Source: Parcubacteria group bacterium Gr01-1014_13 (GTDB lineage Bacteria > Patescibacteriota > Patescibacteriia > Magasanikbacterales > GWA2-37-8). Taken from it: a DNA stretch of 64,000 nucleotides. A model generated the notes under the pieces. That model searched no databases. It had not been told where the DNA came from and saw only the letters and a list, made by a program, of their open reading frames with translations. The position numbers and the translations under genes are program-made. The first letter of the stretch is position 1; each line of letters opens with the position of its first letter. The stretch covers positions 349,969 through 413,968 of the forward strand of contig VMGB01000001.1 in the NCBI GenBank assembly GCA_007376295.1, given 5' to 3'. This document shows positions 36,809-46,739 of this stretch, one piece after another.

Positions 36809-37663
36809 TCAAATCTTCCTTGCTACCAAAGACAAAGTATCTCGCACATTAATCGGTATGGCGAAGTCCTTTAAGAAACTTTTAGCTGACCATTCGGCTA
36901 GTTTGGAAAAGATTTTTAATCCTGTCCAACTATAGAGCAATCGGATTATATAAGGGACAGTAAACCATTTGCCATGGTGCGCTGTATGCACAACTTCAAA
37001 ACCATTTTTTTCCAAGATAGAACCAAGATTTTTGGCAGAGAAATAAAACAGGTGCTGCGGCGGCACAAAGGCATGCCATTTTTTATTCCAAACTCTGGCC
37101 CACAAACTACCAGCATCAGGTGTAGTGAAAAGCAACAGACCTTTGTCTGCAAGCAAGTTTTTTGCTCTATTTATAACATCTACCGGGTCTTTTACATGCT
37201 CAATCACATCCTGCATTACTATTACATCAAATTTCTTTACACTTTGGTATGATTCAAGTGTTGTGGCGGAGGCTGCCAAACCCTTTTCCTGGGCTTTTTT
37301 CACAGCATACTCAGATATATCAATCCCCTCTGTTTCCCAGCCTCTCTGGCGGGCTAAATCCATAAAAAATCCAGTAGCACAGCCTACTTCAAACATACTA
37401 ACCTGGCCTTGTTTGTGAATATATTTAGCAAGCAGGTCGATGTAGTCGATATAGGTTTTTTTAGTTACTTCTTTATCTAAATCATAATCAATATAGCCAT
37501 CGAGCGTCACATCTCCGGTGAAATATCCTTCCGAATAATATGGACTCAGATCTGCTGGAATATTTTCTACGGCCATCAATTTGCAGGACGGGCAACGCAT
37601 AATATGAAAAGTTTTCTTCACAAAATATGGTTCCATTTTTGTCTGACAATTAATACAAATCAT
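36809..37663 (-). CDS. class I SAM-dependent methyltransferase with N-terminal CxxC pairs
   Basis: EVGCATG, DVIEHVKDP, PPQHLFYF. Confidence 0.88.
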   Translation of the reverse strand: MICINCQTKMEPYFVKKTFHIMRCPSCKLMAVENIPADLSPYYSEGYFTGDVTLDGYIDYDLDKEVTKKTYIDYIDLLAKYIHKQGQVSMFEVGCATGFFMDLARQRGWETEGIDISEYAVKKAQEKGLAASATTLESYQSVKKFDVIVMQDVIEHVKDPVDVINRAKNLLADKGLLLFTTPDAGSLWARVWNKKWHAFVPPQHLFYFSAKNLGSILEKNGFEVVHTAHHGKWFTVPYIIRLLYSWTGLKIFSKLAEWSAKSFLKDFAIPINVRDTLSLVARKI

Positions 37664-37664
37664 A

Positions 37665-39878
37665 TTAAATTTTTTCTAATAAAAATACAGTATATTTATA
37701 GGTGTAGCTAGGACGGTTAAGAATTTTTTCTTTCACTTTTTTAAAAGTTGGATCAAGTGGCACGCTATCAAATCGTTTGATAACCTTATACCCTTCCGGC
37801 ACACCGGCTTCGGTATCAATTGTTTCTTCCGCACCCTCGGAGCCTGTCGAAAAAAACCAAATTTGCGCATGCGCAGGCAAGTCTACAGAACTCGGGTTAT
37901 TAAAATTAATTGGAATGGTGTTGCTAAAATATTTTTCTTTATAAAAATCATAAACCCCGCCAATTGCGTTGGGCGTAATAGCTAAATATTGGCCCGGCCG
38001 GGAATGATCGCGAACATACTGATACTGTTCAAAGGTTCGGAAATAACTGGGATTGAGATAATTTTTTGCCTGATAAAAGTTACAAAGACCACACACGGCT
38101 ACTATCCCCCACAACAAAAACAAAACGAATTGAATTTTATAGCGTAATTTACTTAAACATAACACGAATACCATAATCCATAACGGATAAGCCACAAAAC
38201 CAAATTTCGGATAAACTATAAAATTATAGCGGGGATCGGCTATATTCATAAAAAAAGTGTTCAGTAAAACCATCGACGCCGCTAGAAAAACAACAAATAA
38301 TTGTCCGGCTGTCCACATTTTTTTTCTAAACCCATAAACAAATCCTGCTATAACTGCGATTAAAACAGTGATACCGACTACAAAGACATAGTTCCAAGGG
38401 AAAATATTTTCCCCAAAGAAAAAACTGTAAATATGAAAAAATACCGCAAAAACAATGTGTTTCCATGAATTTGCCAGCAGATTAATATTGCTCCAACCGC
38501 CATCGCCTTGAATAACTATTCGGTGATATATCATCCATACTAACGGGCTCAACAAAATAGCTGCAACCAACTGACCGAAAAACCATTTTACAAATGGTAT
38601 TATCGGCCGGCGTCTAATTAAACCATACAAATAAACTAGGTTGGTAAAAAAGGCAACATAAAAAAAATGCGGATAGTCGGTATAACCAACCAAAACTAAC
38701 GCGGCTAAGTACCAATACCAGACATGTTTGCGGTATCCCTCAAACAGAAGCCGGTAAAAAAAATAAAATGTCAGCAAAGAAAAAAAGGCTGCTAAACTAT
38801 GATAGCGGGCCATTTGCGAAATCAAGACAAAGTATGACGAAAAAGCGGTAAAAAAAGCGGCTAGCAAAGCTACTTTTTTATTACCTACTACTAAATGAGT
38901 AAATTTATAAACCAAACAAACAATCCCCAATCCGGCTAAAATAGAAACCAGTCTGATTGTTAATTCTGTCCAAGGAAAAATCTTACTCGCTATAAGCACC
39001 AAAAAATAATAAAGCGGAGGATGATTATCTGGATGATTCCAATAGGAAACTATAAAACCGCCAACACTGTTTTTTAAATAATCTAAGACCGCCGTCTCAT
39101 CGCCCCAAAAAGTGCGATAAGCAACGCGGTATAACAATAAAAAAACCGATAAAGCCAATATGCCGACTAAATATTTATGCTTGCATGCCCAATGCCAAAA
39201 TTTATAAAAGCTATAAAAAATAATTTGTTTTAAAAATAGCCAGTACTCTTTTTTGTCCAATTTTGAAGTGCTAAATTTTCTAATTCTAAATTGAAAAGGC
39301 ACTTCTTTAACTCGCGCCTGTTTGCCCTTAATTAAAATTTCCAAAAGAATTTTATAACCCACGGTACTAAGCGGGACTCCGGTAATTACTTCCCGTTTCA
39401 AGAAAAAAAACCCGCTCAGCGGATCTTTAACGCCAGTTAAAAATCTGGTTGCCATCACTCCGGCTTCGGAAATAAGTTTACGCCACCACTTCCACTGTTC
39501 AACACTACTTCCCTTTTCAAATCTGCTACCTAAAACAATGTCGTGATCTTTTAGCAAACCGACCATTTCGTTTATATTTTTTGGGTCATGACTTAAATCT
39601 GCATCCATTACTCCTAGTAGCGGCCTGTCGGAATGGTTAAAACCTTCACGTACAGCGCTGCCTAATCCCAGCTTACCAGATCTATGTACCACTTTGATAG
39701 GAAATTGCTTGCTTAACTCTTCCGCTACCTGACCAGTTCCATCCGGCGAATTATCATCTACAACAATAAGTTCGGCATCAATTTCTGTCTTATTAATAAC
39801 GCTAAAAACTTCTTCCACTAAAAGTGGTAAATTTTTTGCTTCATTATAAGTTGGAATAATAATTGAAACCTTTAGCAT
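37665..39878 (-). CDS. fusion: DPM1-like polyprenol-phosphate sugar synthase + GT-C (PMT/ArnT-like) transferase
   Basis: IPTYNE, DDNSPDGT, KLGLGSA, MDADLSH, then FWGDE, HPPLYY and many TM helices. Confidence 0.85.
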   Translation of the reverse strand: MLKVSIIIPTYNEAKNLPLLVEEVFSVINKTEIDAELIVVDDNSPDGTGQVAEELSKQFPIKVVHRSGKLGLGSAVREGFNHSDRPLLGVMDADLSHDPKNINEMVGLLKDHDIVLGSRFEKGSSVEQWKWWRKLISEAGVMATRFLTGVKDPLSGFFFLKREVITGVPLSTVGYKILLEILIKGKQARVKEVPFQFRIRKFSTSKLDKKEYWLFLKQIIFYSFYKFWHWACKHKYLVGILALSVFLLLYRVAYRTFWGDETAVLDYLKNSVGGFIVSYWNHPDNHPPLYYFLVLIASKIFPWTELTIRLVSILAGLGIVCLVYKFTHLVVGNKKVALLAAFFTAFSSYFVLISQMARYHSLAAFFSLLTFYFFYRLLFEGYRKHVWYWYLAALVLVGYTDYPHFFYVAFFTNLVYLYGLIRRRPIIPFVKWFFGQLVAAILLSPLVWMIYHRIVIQGDGGWSNINLLANSWKHIVFAVFFHIYSFFFGENIFPWNYVFVVGITVLIAVIAGFVYGFRKKMWTAGQLFVVFLAASMVLLNTFFMNIADPRYNFIVYPKFGFVAYPLWIMVFVLCLSKLRYKIQFVLFLLWGIVAVCGLCNFYQAKNYLNPSYFRTFEQYQYVRDHSRPGQYLAITPNAIGGVYDFYKEKYFSNTIPINFNNPSSVDLPAHAQIWFFSTGSEGAEETIDTEAGVPEGYKVIKRFDSVPLDPTFKKVKEKILNRPSYTYKYTVFLLEKI

Positions 39879-41041
39879 AATGATCTGTAAATATCGGTTA
39901 CTTGATGAACATACTCTTCCACAGCAAATTTTTTAGTCTCTTTTTGACAGCCAGCCTTTAAGTGGCTATATACAACTTGGTCATCTAAACTAGCTAAAGC
40001 ATTGGCTAGCGCAATTGGATGAGCTGGCGGCACAATTAAACCAGCCTCCCCGACTACTTCCGGAATTGCGCCGCAATAGGTGGAAACAATGGGCACTTGC
40101 GCGCAAATAGCTTCGCCCAAAACATAGCCAAATTGTTCTTGCCAAGTTGGTCGAGGAATACTTCCTAAGATAAGACATTTTGCCCCTTTATAAAACGCTA
40201 ACATTTCGTCATATGGTAATTGACTGTGGAAAATAACCTTATCGGTTAAGCCCCAATCCTTCACAATTCTAACCATGTTCTGGAGTTCAGGACCCTTACC
40301 AACTATTACCAATAATTTTTTGCTTGAATCTAATAATTTGGAAAGGTATATCCTCCAACCATACAAAACATCGTAAACCCCTTTTTCTTTTACCAAACGA
40401 TTTACCATTAAATATACTTCTTTTCCGGCTAATTGAGGCGGAAAAATAGTTTTATCAATTACGGGAGCGGGTACGATTCCAGGAATAACAACCTGAATTT
40501 TTTTCTCTGGAACACCATAATCCAATAATAACCCCGCAGCATCATGGGAAACTGGCAAGAACTTATCAACTTCTTCTTTGTTGTAATCCATTATTTTTTT
40601 AAGTTGACGACGCCAATAAAGAGGTGGCATTTTAAAACCTGGCCAATAATTATATTCAAATCTGCCAAAACTGTTTTCCCAAACTGTAACGACTGTCTTT
40701 AATTTTTTATTTATTTTTTTAGCCATCACCGCCTGATACGTAAAGTAGTTATACAATTCACTAGTATGAACGATATCAAAACCTTCCAACTTTTTTTCCA
40801 AACCAAAAAACCTTTTATACTGACCGAAAAAATATTTATAAAAATTTTTAGACAAAAAATTATCGCTGCTGGTATGCATTTTTATCATTGGAAACGGCAA
40901 AGGCGATTGAACATAAACATTTTTACGCGCCGCAAAAACTGTTTGGACTATATCTTCGGGAAAATATTTCCAAGTCTTAGTTTCGTGATCTCCCAAACCA
41001 TCTCCGCGAATCTGAGCTACGGTAATTTTTTTCTGAGACAT
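39872..41041 (-). CDS. GT4 glycosyltransferase
   Basis: RLVKEKG, WQEQFGYVLGEA, GAIPEVV. Confidence 0.9.
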   Translation of the reverse strand: MSQKKITVAQIRGDGLGDHETKTWKYFPEDIVQTVFAARKNVYVQSPLPFPMIKMHTSSDNFLSKNFYKYFFGQYKRFFGLEKKLEGFDIVHTSELYNYFTYQAVMAKKINKKLKTVVTVWENSFGRFEYNYWPGFKMPPLYWRRQLKKIMDYNKEEVDKFLPVSHDAAGLLLDYGVPEKKIQVVIPGIVPAPVIDKTIFPPQLAGKEVYLMVNRLVKEKGVYDVLYGWRIYLSKLLDSSKKLLVIVGKGPELQNMVRIVKDWGLTDKVIFHSQLPYDEMLAFYKGAKCLILGSIPRPTWQEQFGYVLGEAICAQVPIVSTYCGAIPEVVGEAGLIVPPAHPIALANALASLDDQVVYSHLKAGCQKETKKFAVEEYVHQVTDIYRSLC

Positions 41042-41045
41042 AAAA

Positions 41046-42245
41046 TTATTTCATTTCGTATTTAAAATACAACACATCGCCTGTGGTGCTAAACTGATCC
41101 CTATTTTTCCAAAAATAGTTCCATGTACAAGGAATGTTATTTTTACACAGATTCATGATTGTAAAAAGAGTGGCGTAACGAAGGGTGCTTTGGATAATAT
41201 AAGGAGTGATCATAGCTAGAACTACCATACCAATAGCGAGATGCTTAAACCAACGTCCTTTAATATAAATGTTATATATACCATAAGCAGCTATTGGCGC
41301 AAACAGCCAGGCGGAAATAAATACCGTCCTGGCTATAAACATTGGCCAGCTATAATATGATAGACTTGATAGTATAACTGCTAACAAATAAATTTTTATA
41401 TTCTTATCCAAATTCCGCCAATTTCTTATTAAGAAATATAAACCAATTGCAATAAATAGCCACAAAATATTATAGGTACTGGCATGAACACCAAACCATC
41501 TAAGCAAAGTAAAATTTTCCGCGACGTATGCCTTCCAATTTTCTGTAAACCAATATGCTGAACTGTAATTAACATCCTGCCCTCTGAAAAAATTGACAAT
41601 AATTGTCGCAAACGGAAAAATAGAAAATCTAATAAAGTTAAACACTCTTTCTTTCCAAGAAACTTTATCGAGTAAAAATAAAATACCGACAAATAATGCG
41701 CCCATACTGCCACTTTCCTTTGTCAAAAGCCCAAACGCAACGGCCATACCGCCTAAATAAAGCCATGACTTATTCTTATCTTCCCACCATCTCCAACCAG
41801 CATAAAGGGTCAGCACAAACCAAAAGTATCCGCCCATATCCTGAACTTGAGTAAGCGCATAACGCACCATTGCATATCCGGTCATGACAGTAATAGCGGA
41901 AACAAAACCGATAAAATTATTTTTAAAAACTCGCCTAATTAATCCGTATGTTAAAAGTACCAGGCCATAATAAAAAACTATATTGGTCGTAATCAAACTT
42001 TGCTCCGGCGACATAAAAAATAGCAACTTTGCGCTTACTACCGCATAAAAAGGATTCAGGTACCTGGCGGGGAAAAAGGAAACATCGTATCCTCTAAAAA
42101 ATTTGATCAAATCTATAAAGCCCGATGTGTCGTTATTGGGATGAAAACCATATAAAAAACTAAAAACAACCAAATTAAGCGTGGCCAAAAAAGCTAGTGA
42201 AAAAATGATTTTGTGTTTTTTTATTTTTTCAAATAAAGCCACCAT
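41046..42245 (-). CDS. multi-TM GT-C-like membrane protein
   Basis: Many TM helices; acidic residue in first loop (PNNDT), LTKES motif. Confidence 0.65.
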   Translation of the reverse strand: MVALFEKIKKHKIIFSLAFLATLNLVVFSFLYGFHPNNDTSGFIDLIKFFRGYDVSFFPARYLNPFYAVVSAKLLFFMSPEQSLITTNIVFYYGLVLLTYGLIRRVFKNNFIGFVSAITVMTGYAMVRYALTQVQDMGGYFWFVLTLYAGWRWWEDKNKSWLYLGGMAVAFGLLTKESGSMGALFVGILFLLDKVSWKERVFNFIRFSIFPFATIIVNFFRGQDVNYSSAYWFTENWKAYVAENFTLLRWFGVHASTYNILWLFIAIGLYFLIRNWRNLDKNIKIYLLAVILSSLSYYSWPMFIARTVFISAWLFAPIAAYGIYNIYIKGRWFKHLAIGMVVLAMITPYIIQSTLRYATLFTIMNLCKNNIPCTWNYFWKNRDQFSTTGDVLYFKYEMK

Positions 42246-42260
42246 ACTTTTTATATAAAT

Positions 42261-42971
42261 TTAAAATGATTTAAAACGCCATTTTAAAATTGTCCACAAA
42301 ACAACTAGTCCATCCCGATAACGAATCTTTTTTCCTTCCGCAAAAGTTCTCGGATTATAATGAATAGGAACTTCTGCTATTTTTAACCCCTTTCTAAAAA
42401 GTTTGCACAGTAATTCGACATCGTAGGCAAAACCATCGGCTTGAATTGGCAAATCGACCATATACTGTCGTGGAATTATTTTGTAGCAAGCAAAAAAATC
42501 CGTCCCCTGTCTATTATACAACAAATTAATACTGGCTATAATAAGTTTATTCCCCAAATATGTGAGCGGGTGCGGGTGAGACCAGCCTGTATGAATATTT
42601 TTTAATTCACTAAACCTAGCTCTGGATCCCAAACTAATATCGGCTATATTTTTTTGTATTGGCTCAATCAAGGCTTTTAGGTCCTGTGGGTCATATTCTA
42701 AATCAGCATCTTGAATAGTAATGTAATCTCCCGTAGCCTGCGCTATCCCCAGCTTTACTGATGCCCCCTTACCGCTGTTTTTTTCTTTAAAAACAACTTT
42801 GTAGGTATCGCCCAAACCTTTTAAAATCTCCCGGGTTCCATCGGTTGAACAGTCATCAACAATAATGATTTCTTTTTGGCAATCATTTAAAAAAACTTGA
42901 TCTACCCTTTTTAATATTTCAAGAATTGTATCTTTTTCATTGTAAGCAGGGATAATTATGGAAAGTTTCAT
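42261..42971 (-). CDS. DPM/DPG-synthase-like GT2
   Basis: IPAYNE, DDCSTDGT, IQDADLEYDP, EGKKI. Confidence 0.9.
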   Translation of the reverse strand: MKLSIIIPAYNEKDTILEILKRVDQVFLNDCQKEIIIVDDCSTDGTREILKGLGDTYKVVFKEKNSGKGASVKLGIAQATGDYITIQDADLEYDPQDLKALIEPIQKNIADISLGSRARFSELKNIHTGWSHPHPLTYLGNKLIIASINLLYNRQGTDFFACYKIIPRQYMVDLPIQADGFAYDVELLCKLFRKGLKIAEVPIHYNPRTFAEGKKIRYRDGLVVLWTILKWRFKSF

Positions 42972-43894
42972 AGCCGTTTACTTATTTCTTCCATCATCTT
43001 TGTAACCTTGCTTCCAAATTCGATACCGGTTAGCGGACGGCTATTTGTATTTATACACTCAATAAAATGTTCTAATTCATTTCTCAGCGGTTCACGCGCT
43101 GTTACTATAGGAACAACAGGCTGATCAATTACACCGGATAAAGGCAAGGTCGATTTATTTCCGTCCCGTACCGGATATGAATTTTTAATCCATTTTAATT
43201 TTACTTCTTCACGATCATTAAACAAAACCATTCCTTTGTCTCCCACTAGTGTTACTTTACGCACTTTTTCCGGCCAATACCAAGATGTGATTAGGTGGGC
43301 TGTCAGACCGCTTTGAAACTTTACTGTAACACCGGTAAAATCATCTTTGGCGGAAGAATTAAACGAACGACTTGCTCCCGAAATTTTTACAATCTTTCCC
43401 GGAGAAAATAAATACTCCACTACCGCCAGATCGTGTATGCCGGCATCCATGAAACTTCCGACATCAGCTCTTAAAAGTCCGCAATAAAGATTTTCTCCCA
43501 TTAAGTACTTAACTGTTCCCAGTTCGCTAATACGATTCTTTATATATCGAATCGAATCGTTATAAATATATTGAAAACCAACCATGAAAACTAAACTTTT
43601 ATTTTTCTTTAATTCTTTTTCTACTTTTTTGGCTTCGGCAACGCTAAGCACCATCGGTTTTTCAACCAAAACATGCTTACCGGCGCGAAGAGATTTAAGT
43701 ATTATTTCGCAATGAGTAGAGGGCGGGGTAGCAATGACAACACAATCAATTTCTTTGTTATTTATAATTTCATCCGTTTCTGCAGATGTATTAGAGGTTT
43801 TGACTAACTTTACACCAGGAATTTCCGGCAACAAACGAACATAGTGTTTTCCAAAATGCCCCAATCCGATTATCCCAAATTGCAGAATTTTCAT
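42968..43894 (-). CDS. Gfo/Idh/MocA family oxidoreductase
   Basis: GLGHFG, IATPP..H, KHVLVEKP, DAGIHD. Confidence 0.9.
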   Translation of the reverse strand: MKILQFGIIGLGHFGKHYVRLLPEIPGVKLVKTSNTSAETDEIINNKEIDCVVIATPPSTHCEIILKSLRAGKHVLVEKPMVLSVAEAKKVEKELKKNKSLVFMVGFQYIYNDSIRYIKNRISELGTVKYLMGENLYCGLLRADVGSFMDAGIHDLAVVEYLFSPGKIVKISGASRSFNSSAKDDFTGVTVKFQSGLTAHLITSWYWPEKVRKVTLVGDKGMVLFNDREEVKLKWIKNSYPVRDGNKSTLPLSGVIDQPVVPIVTAREPLRNELEHFIECINTNSRPLTGIEFGSKVTKMMEEISKRL

Positions 43895-43909
43895 ACTGCA
43901 AAATTATAT

Positions 43910-46201
43910 TTATATTAAGATGTTTTTCATCCATTTATAGGAACGAGCTAATCCGTCTTGTAAACTGATCGATGGGTTATAGCCCACCATCGACTTGGCT
44001 TTGGACAAATCCGGACAGCGTCTGGAAGGTTCGTCTTGAGGGTAATTATCAGGATAATTAACTAAGTTTATTTCAACTTTTTTGTCTGGTACAACAGTTA
44101 CAAAAATTTCGGCTAGTGATTTCATATTAATTTCCGGACCATCGTTGCCAATATTAAACACTTCACCATTTTTGTCGGAAAGCAAAACTTTAAAGAAACC
44201 GATGATGGCGTCGGTAACATAACAAAATGTCCGTGTCTGATTTCCTTTATCGTGGACGGTTAGTGGCTTGCCTTCAATGGCCTGGCTTAAAAATGTTGGT
44301 ACGACTCTGTAGTCTTTAGCGCTCATCCCTGGACCATAGACATTAAAAGGACGGACAAATTTAACAGGAACTTGGTGTGTTTGGTAATAAGCCATGCACA
44401 AAGTTTCACCAAGACGCTTGGATTCATCATAGCAAGATCGTGGGCCGGTGGAAGAAACATTGCCCTTGTATGTCTCCGGAGTAGGAATAAACTTTGGATC
44501 CGGATCTCCGTAAATTTCACTGGAACTAAAATATAATACGCTGGTTACATTTTTCGCCAAAGCCAGCTTTAACATGTTATTTAAACCTAAAACTGTTCCT
44601 TCTATAGTTTCGATTGGGTATTTCTTGTAATAAACAGGTGAAGCAATGCCGGCGGCAGAAACAATATAATCAATCGGCATATCCAGAGAAATTGGCTCAC
44701 AGATGTTGTGCTGTTTAAACACAATATATTCGCTGTTCACTTCTTTGAGAAGATTGTTTTTCTTTCCGACAATATGATTGTCGAGCGAAAGTACTCGGCA
44801 AGGTGTTTTAAAATATTTTTTATTTAACAAGTCTATCGTCGCTGTTAGGTAGCTGCCGACAAATCCGGATCCGCCCGTAATCAAAACAGTTTTACCTTCG
44901 AGCGCACCCGCCACTTTCTCTATCCCTTTGGCAATAACATTTAAATCTTCTTCCACTACCCCACTAACAACTTGGGCAAATGGTACGGGGATAATAAAAT
45001 TCTCGAAATCAGAACATTTCTTAATAATAGAATCGGCAAAATTCCAAGCTAAAATTAGGATATAATCCGGAGGATTTTCTTTCAATTCAGTAGCGGCTTT
45101 TACCGGAATATGCGTACCCGGAGAATATAGCCCTTGTTTCCACACGCTATCATCAACAATATAATCCAAAGTTTCCGGTCCGATATTAAAGTAATTCAAC
45201 AAAGTACTGCCTTTTGCCGGAGCGCCATAACCAATAATTTTTTTGCCTTTAGATTTTAAGTCGCGCAAAAGTTCCAGCAAACGAGTTTTATTTTCACTAA
45301 TTTTGCCTTGAAAATTTAGAAAGGTTTCTATATCAGTCATCTTTCTTTCGTTTTCATGAGCGATAAATTTTTCTATGTTTGGCGATACAGTATGCTTCCC
45401 GCCTTTTCTCTGCACAAAGACACGCAGAGATCCACCGTGAGTATCTGTTTTTTCAACATCAAATACCTGCATTCCCAAACGATCAAATAAAGTACTGATT
45501 GTTTTTACAGTAAAATAAGAAAGGTGTTCATGATAAATAGTGTCAAATAAATTTTTCTCGATTAAATCCAATAAATAGTATGCTTCGATAACAAAAACAC
45601 CATCATCAGCCAATAAAGTTTTTACTCCTTCCACCACAGAATCCAAATCGTCTATGTGCGGAAAAACGCTGGTGGCTGTCATCAGAGATGCTTTGCCCTT
45701 TTCTTGCGCTATTTTACCAGCCACTTCCGGAGTAAAATATGCCGCCATTGTTTCTATACCATTTTCGGTTGCTCTCGCCGCAATATTTGCAGCCGGATCA
45801 ACGCCCATTATCTTTATACCCATTTCTTTATATGGACGCAGTAAAATTCCATCATTGCTGCCAATATCAACCACCAATGAATTGCTATCTAAAGCAAATC
45901 GCTGAGCCATTTCACTGGCAAAAGATTTGAAATGGGCCACAAAAACTGGTGAAGTGGATGAGCTATAGACATAATTACCAAAAAGAAGATCTGGAGATAC
46001 TACGTCTGTGAGCTGAACAAATGAACAGTCCTTACAAAAAGACAGCTCCAGCGGAAAGCTGGGCTCTGGTTTGTCTAGGTCTTCTGGTTTTAAGAAAGCA
46101 TTGGCCGGAGGCGTGCTTCCCAAACTTAATACTTTGGCTAAATTTGTTCCTTTACAGACCCTACAGTCATTTTTTGTTACACAGAGATCACCAAGAGACA
46201 T
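43910..46201 (-). CDS. fusion: NDP-sugar C-methyltransferase + UXS-like SDR (UDP-glucuronate decarboxylase family)
   Basis: N-part: CRVC..CKDC zinc site, DIGSNDG, IYHEH, HGGS, GAPAKG, LAWNF. C-part: TGGSGFVG, SSSEIYGDP, GPRSCYDESKR, QTRTFCY. Confidence 0.88.
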   Translation of the reverse strand: MSLGDLCVTKNDCRVCKGTNLAKVLSLGSTPPANAFLKPEDLDKPEPSFPLELSFCKDCSFVQLTDVVSPDLLFGNYVYSSSTSPVFVAHFKSFASEMAQRFALDSNSLVVDIGSNDGILLRPYKEMGIKIMGVDPAANIAARATENGIETMAAYFTPEVAGKIAQEKGKASLMTATSVFPHIDDLDSVVEGVKTLLADDGVFVIEAYYLLDLIEKNLFDTIYHEHLSYFTVKTISTLFDRLGMQVFDVEKTDTHGGSLRVFVQRKGGKHTVSPNIEKFIAHENERKMTDIETFLNFQGKISENKTRLLELLRDLKSKGKKIIGYGAPAKGSTLLNYFNIGPETLDYIVDDSVWKQGLYSPGTHIPVKAATELKENPPDYILILAWNFADSIIKKCSDFENFIIPVPFAQVVSGVVEEDLNVIAKGIEKVAGALEGKTVLITGGSGFVGSYLTATIDLLNKKYFKTPCRVLSLDNHIVGKKNNLLKEVNSEYIVFKQHNICEPISLDMPIDYIVSAAGIASPVYYKKYPIETIEGTVLGLNNMLKLALAKNVTSVLYFSSSEIYGDPDPKFIPTPETYKGNVSSTGPRSCYDESKRLGETLCMAYYQTHQVPVKFVRPFNVYGPGMSAKDYRVVPTFLSQAIEGKPLTVHDKGNQTRTFCYVTDAIIGFFKVLLSDKNGEVFNIGNDGPEINMKSLAEIFVTVVPDKKVEINLVNYPDNYPQDEPSRRCPDLSKAKSMVGYNPSISLQDGLARSYKWMKNILI

Positions 46202-46209
46202 ATTTTAAT

Positions 46210-46605
46210 TTATATAAGCTTCACACGAACAGTATCTTGTTCATAATCACCCTGACTTCTGGATTTTAAAGCAAAAACGAAACAAGTTGTATCTTCCAAA
46301 AACTTCATGGCATGAGCTACCATTGGTCGAGAAAAAACCATATCACCAGCTTTAACAATCTCTTTTTCCATCTTGGTTAAATCTGGGACACCATCAACTA
46401 GAGGTGCTTCATAATACTCCATGCTTCCGGTGAGTAAATAAACATGATGCCCGTCTTCTTTGTGGTAATGATTAGCGCGAATAGCACCCGGCTTAGAAGT
46501 CATCATTAGCATACTTTTAATAGTTGTCTGGCCATCATCGAGCAATTTGGTGATTCCACCTCTGTCATCAACAAATTCTGGAGCAATATTTCTTACGATT
46601 TGCAT
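46210..46605 (-). CDS. cupin (FdtA/QdtA- or RmlC-like sugar isomerase/epimerase)
   Basis: DDRG and RANHYH motifs plus a distal His. Confidence 0.75.
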   Translation of the reverse strand: MQIVRNIAPEFVDDRGGITKLLDDGQTTIKSMLMMTSKPGAIRANHYHKEDGHHVYLLTGSMEYYEAPLVDGVPDLTKMEKEIVKAGDMVFSRPMVAHAMKFLEDTTCFVFALKSRSQGDYEQDTVRVKLI

Positions 46606-46643
46606 ACTAAAAATGAGTTAATTTAATGAGATTAGTTGATAAA

Positions 46644-46710
46644 ATTATATTATACCAGCCAAACAAAGTCAACTGGGATATTGACTTTTTACCCAAAAAC
46701 AGCCTATAAT
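46644..46710. promoter_or_regulatory. back-to-back sigma70 promoters
   Basis: - strand TTGACT(46672)-17-TATAAT; + strand TTGACT(46681)-18-TATAAT(46705). Confidence 0.75.
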
Positions 46711-46739
46711 TCAGCCAGACTGATAACAAGGAGTATATA

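Noticed and set aside
46711-46739. Cobalamin riboswitch upstream of the B12-radical SAM gene
   Set aside because: The leader is under 30 nt, too short
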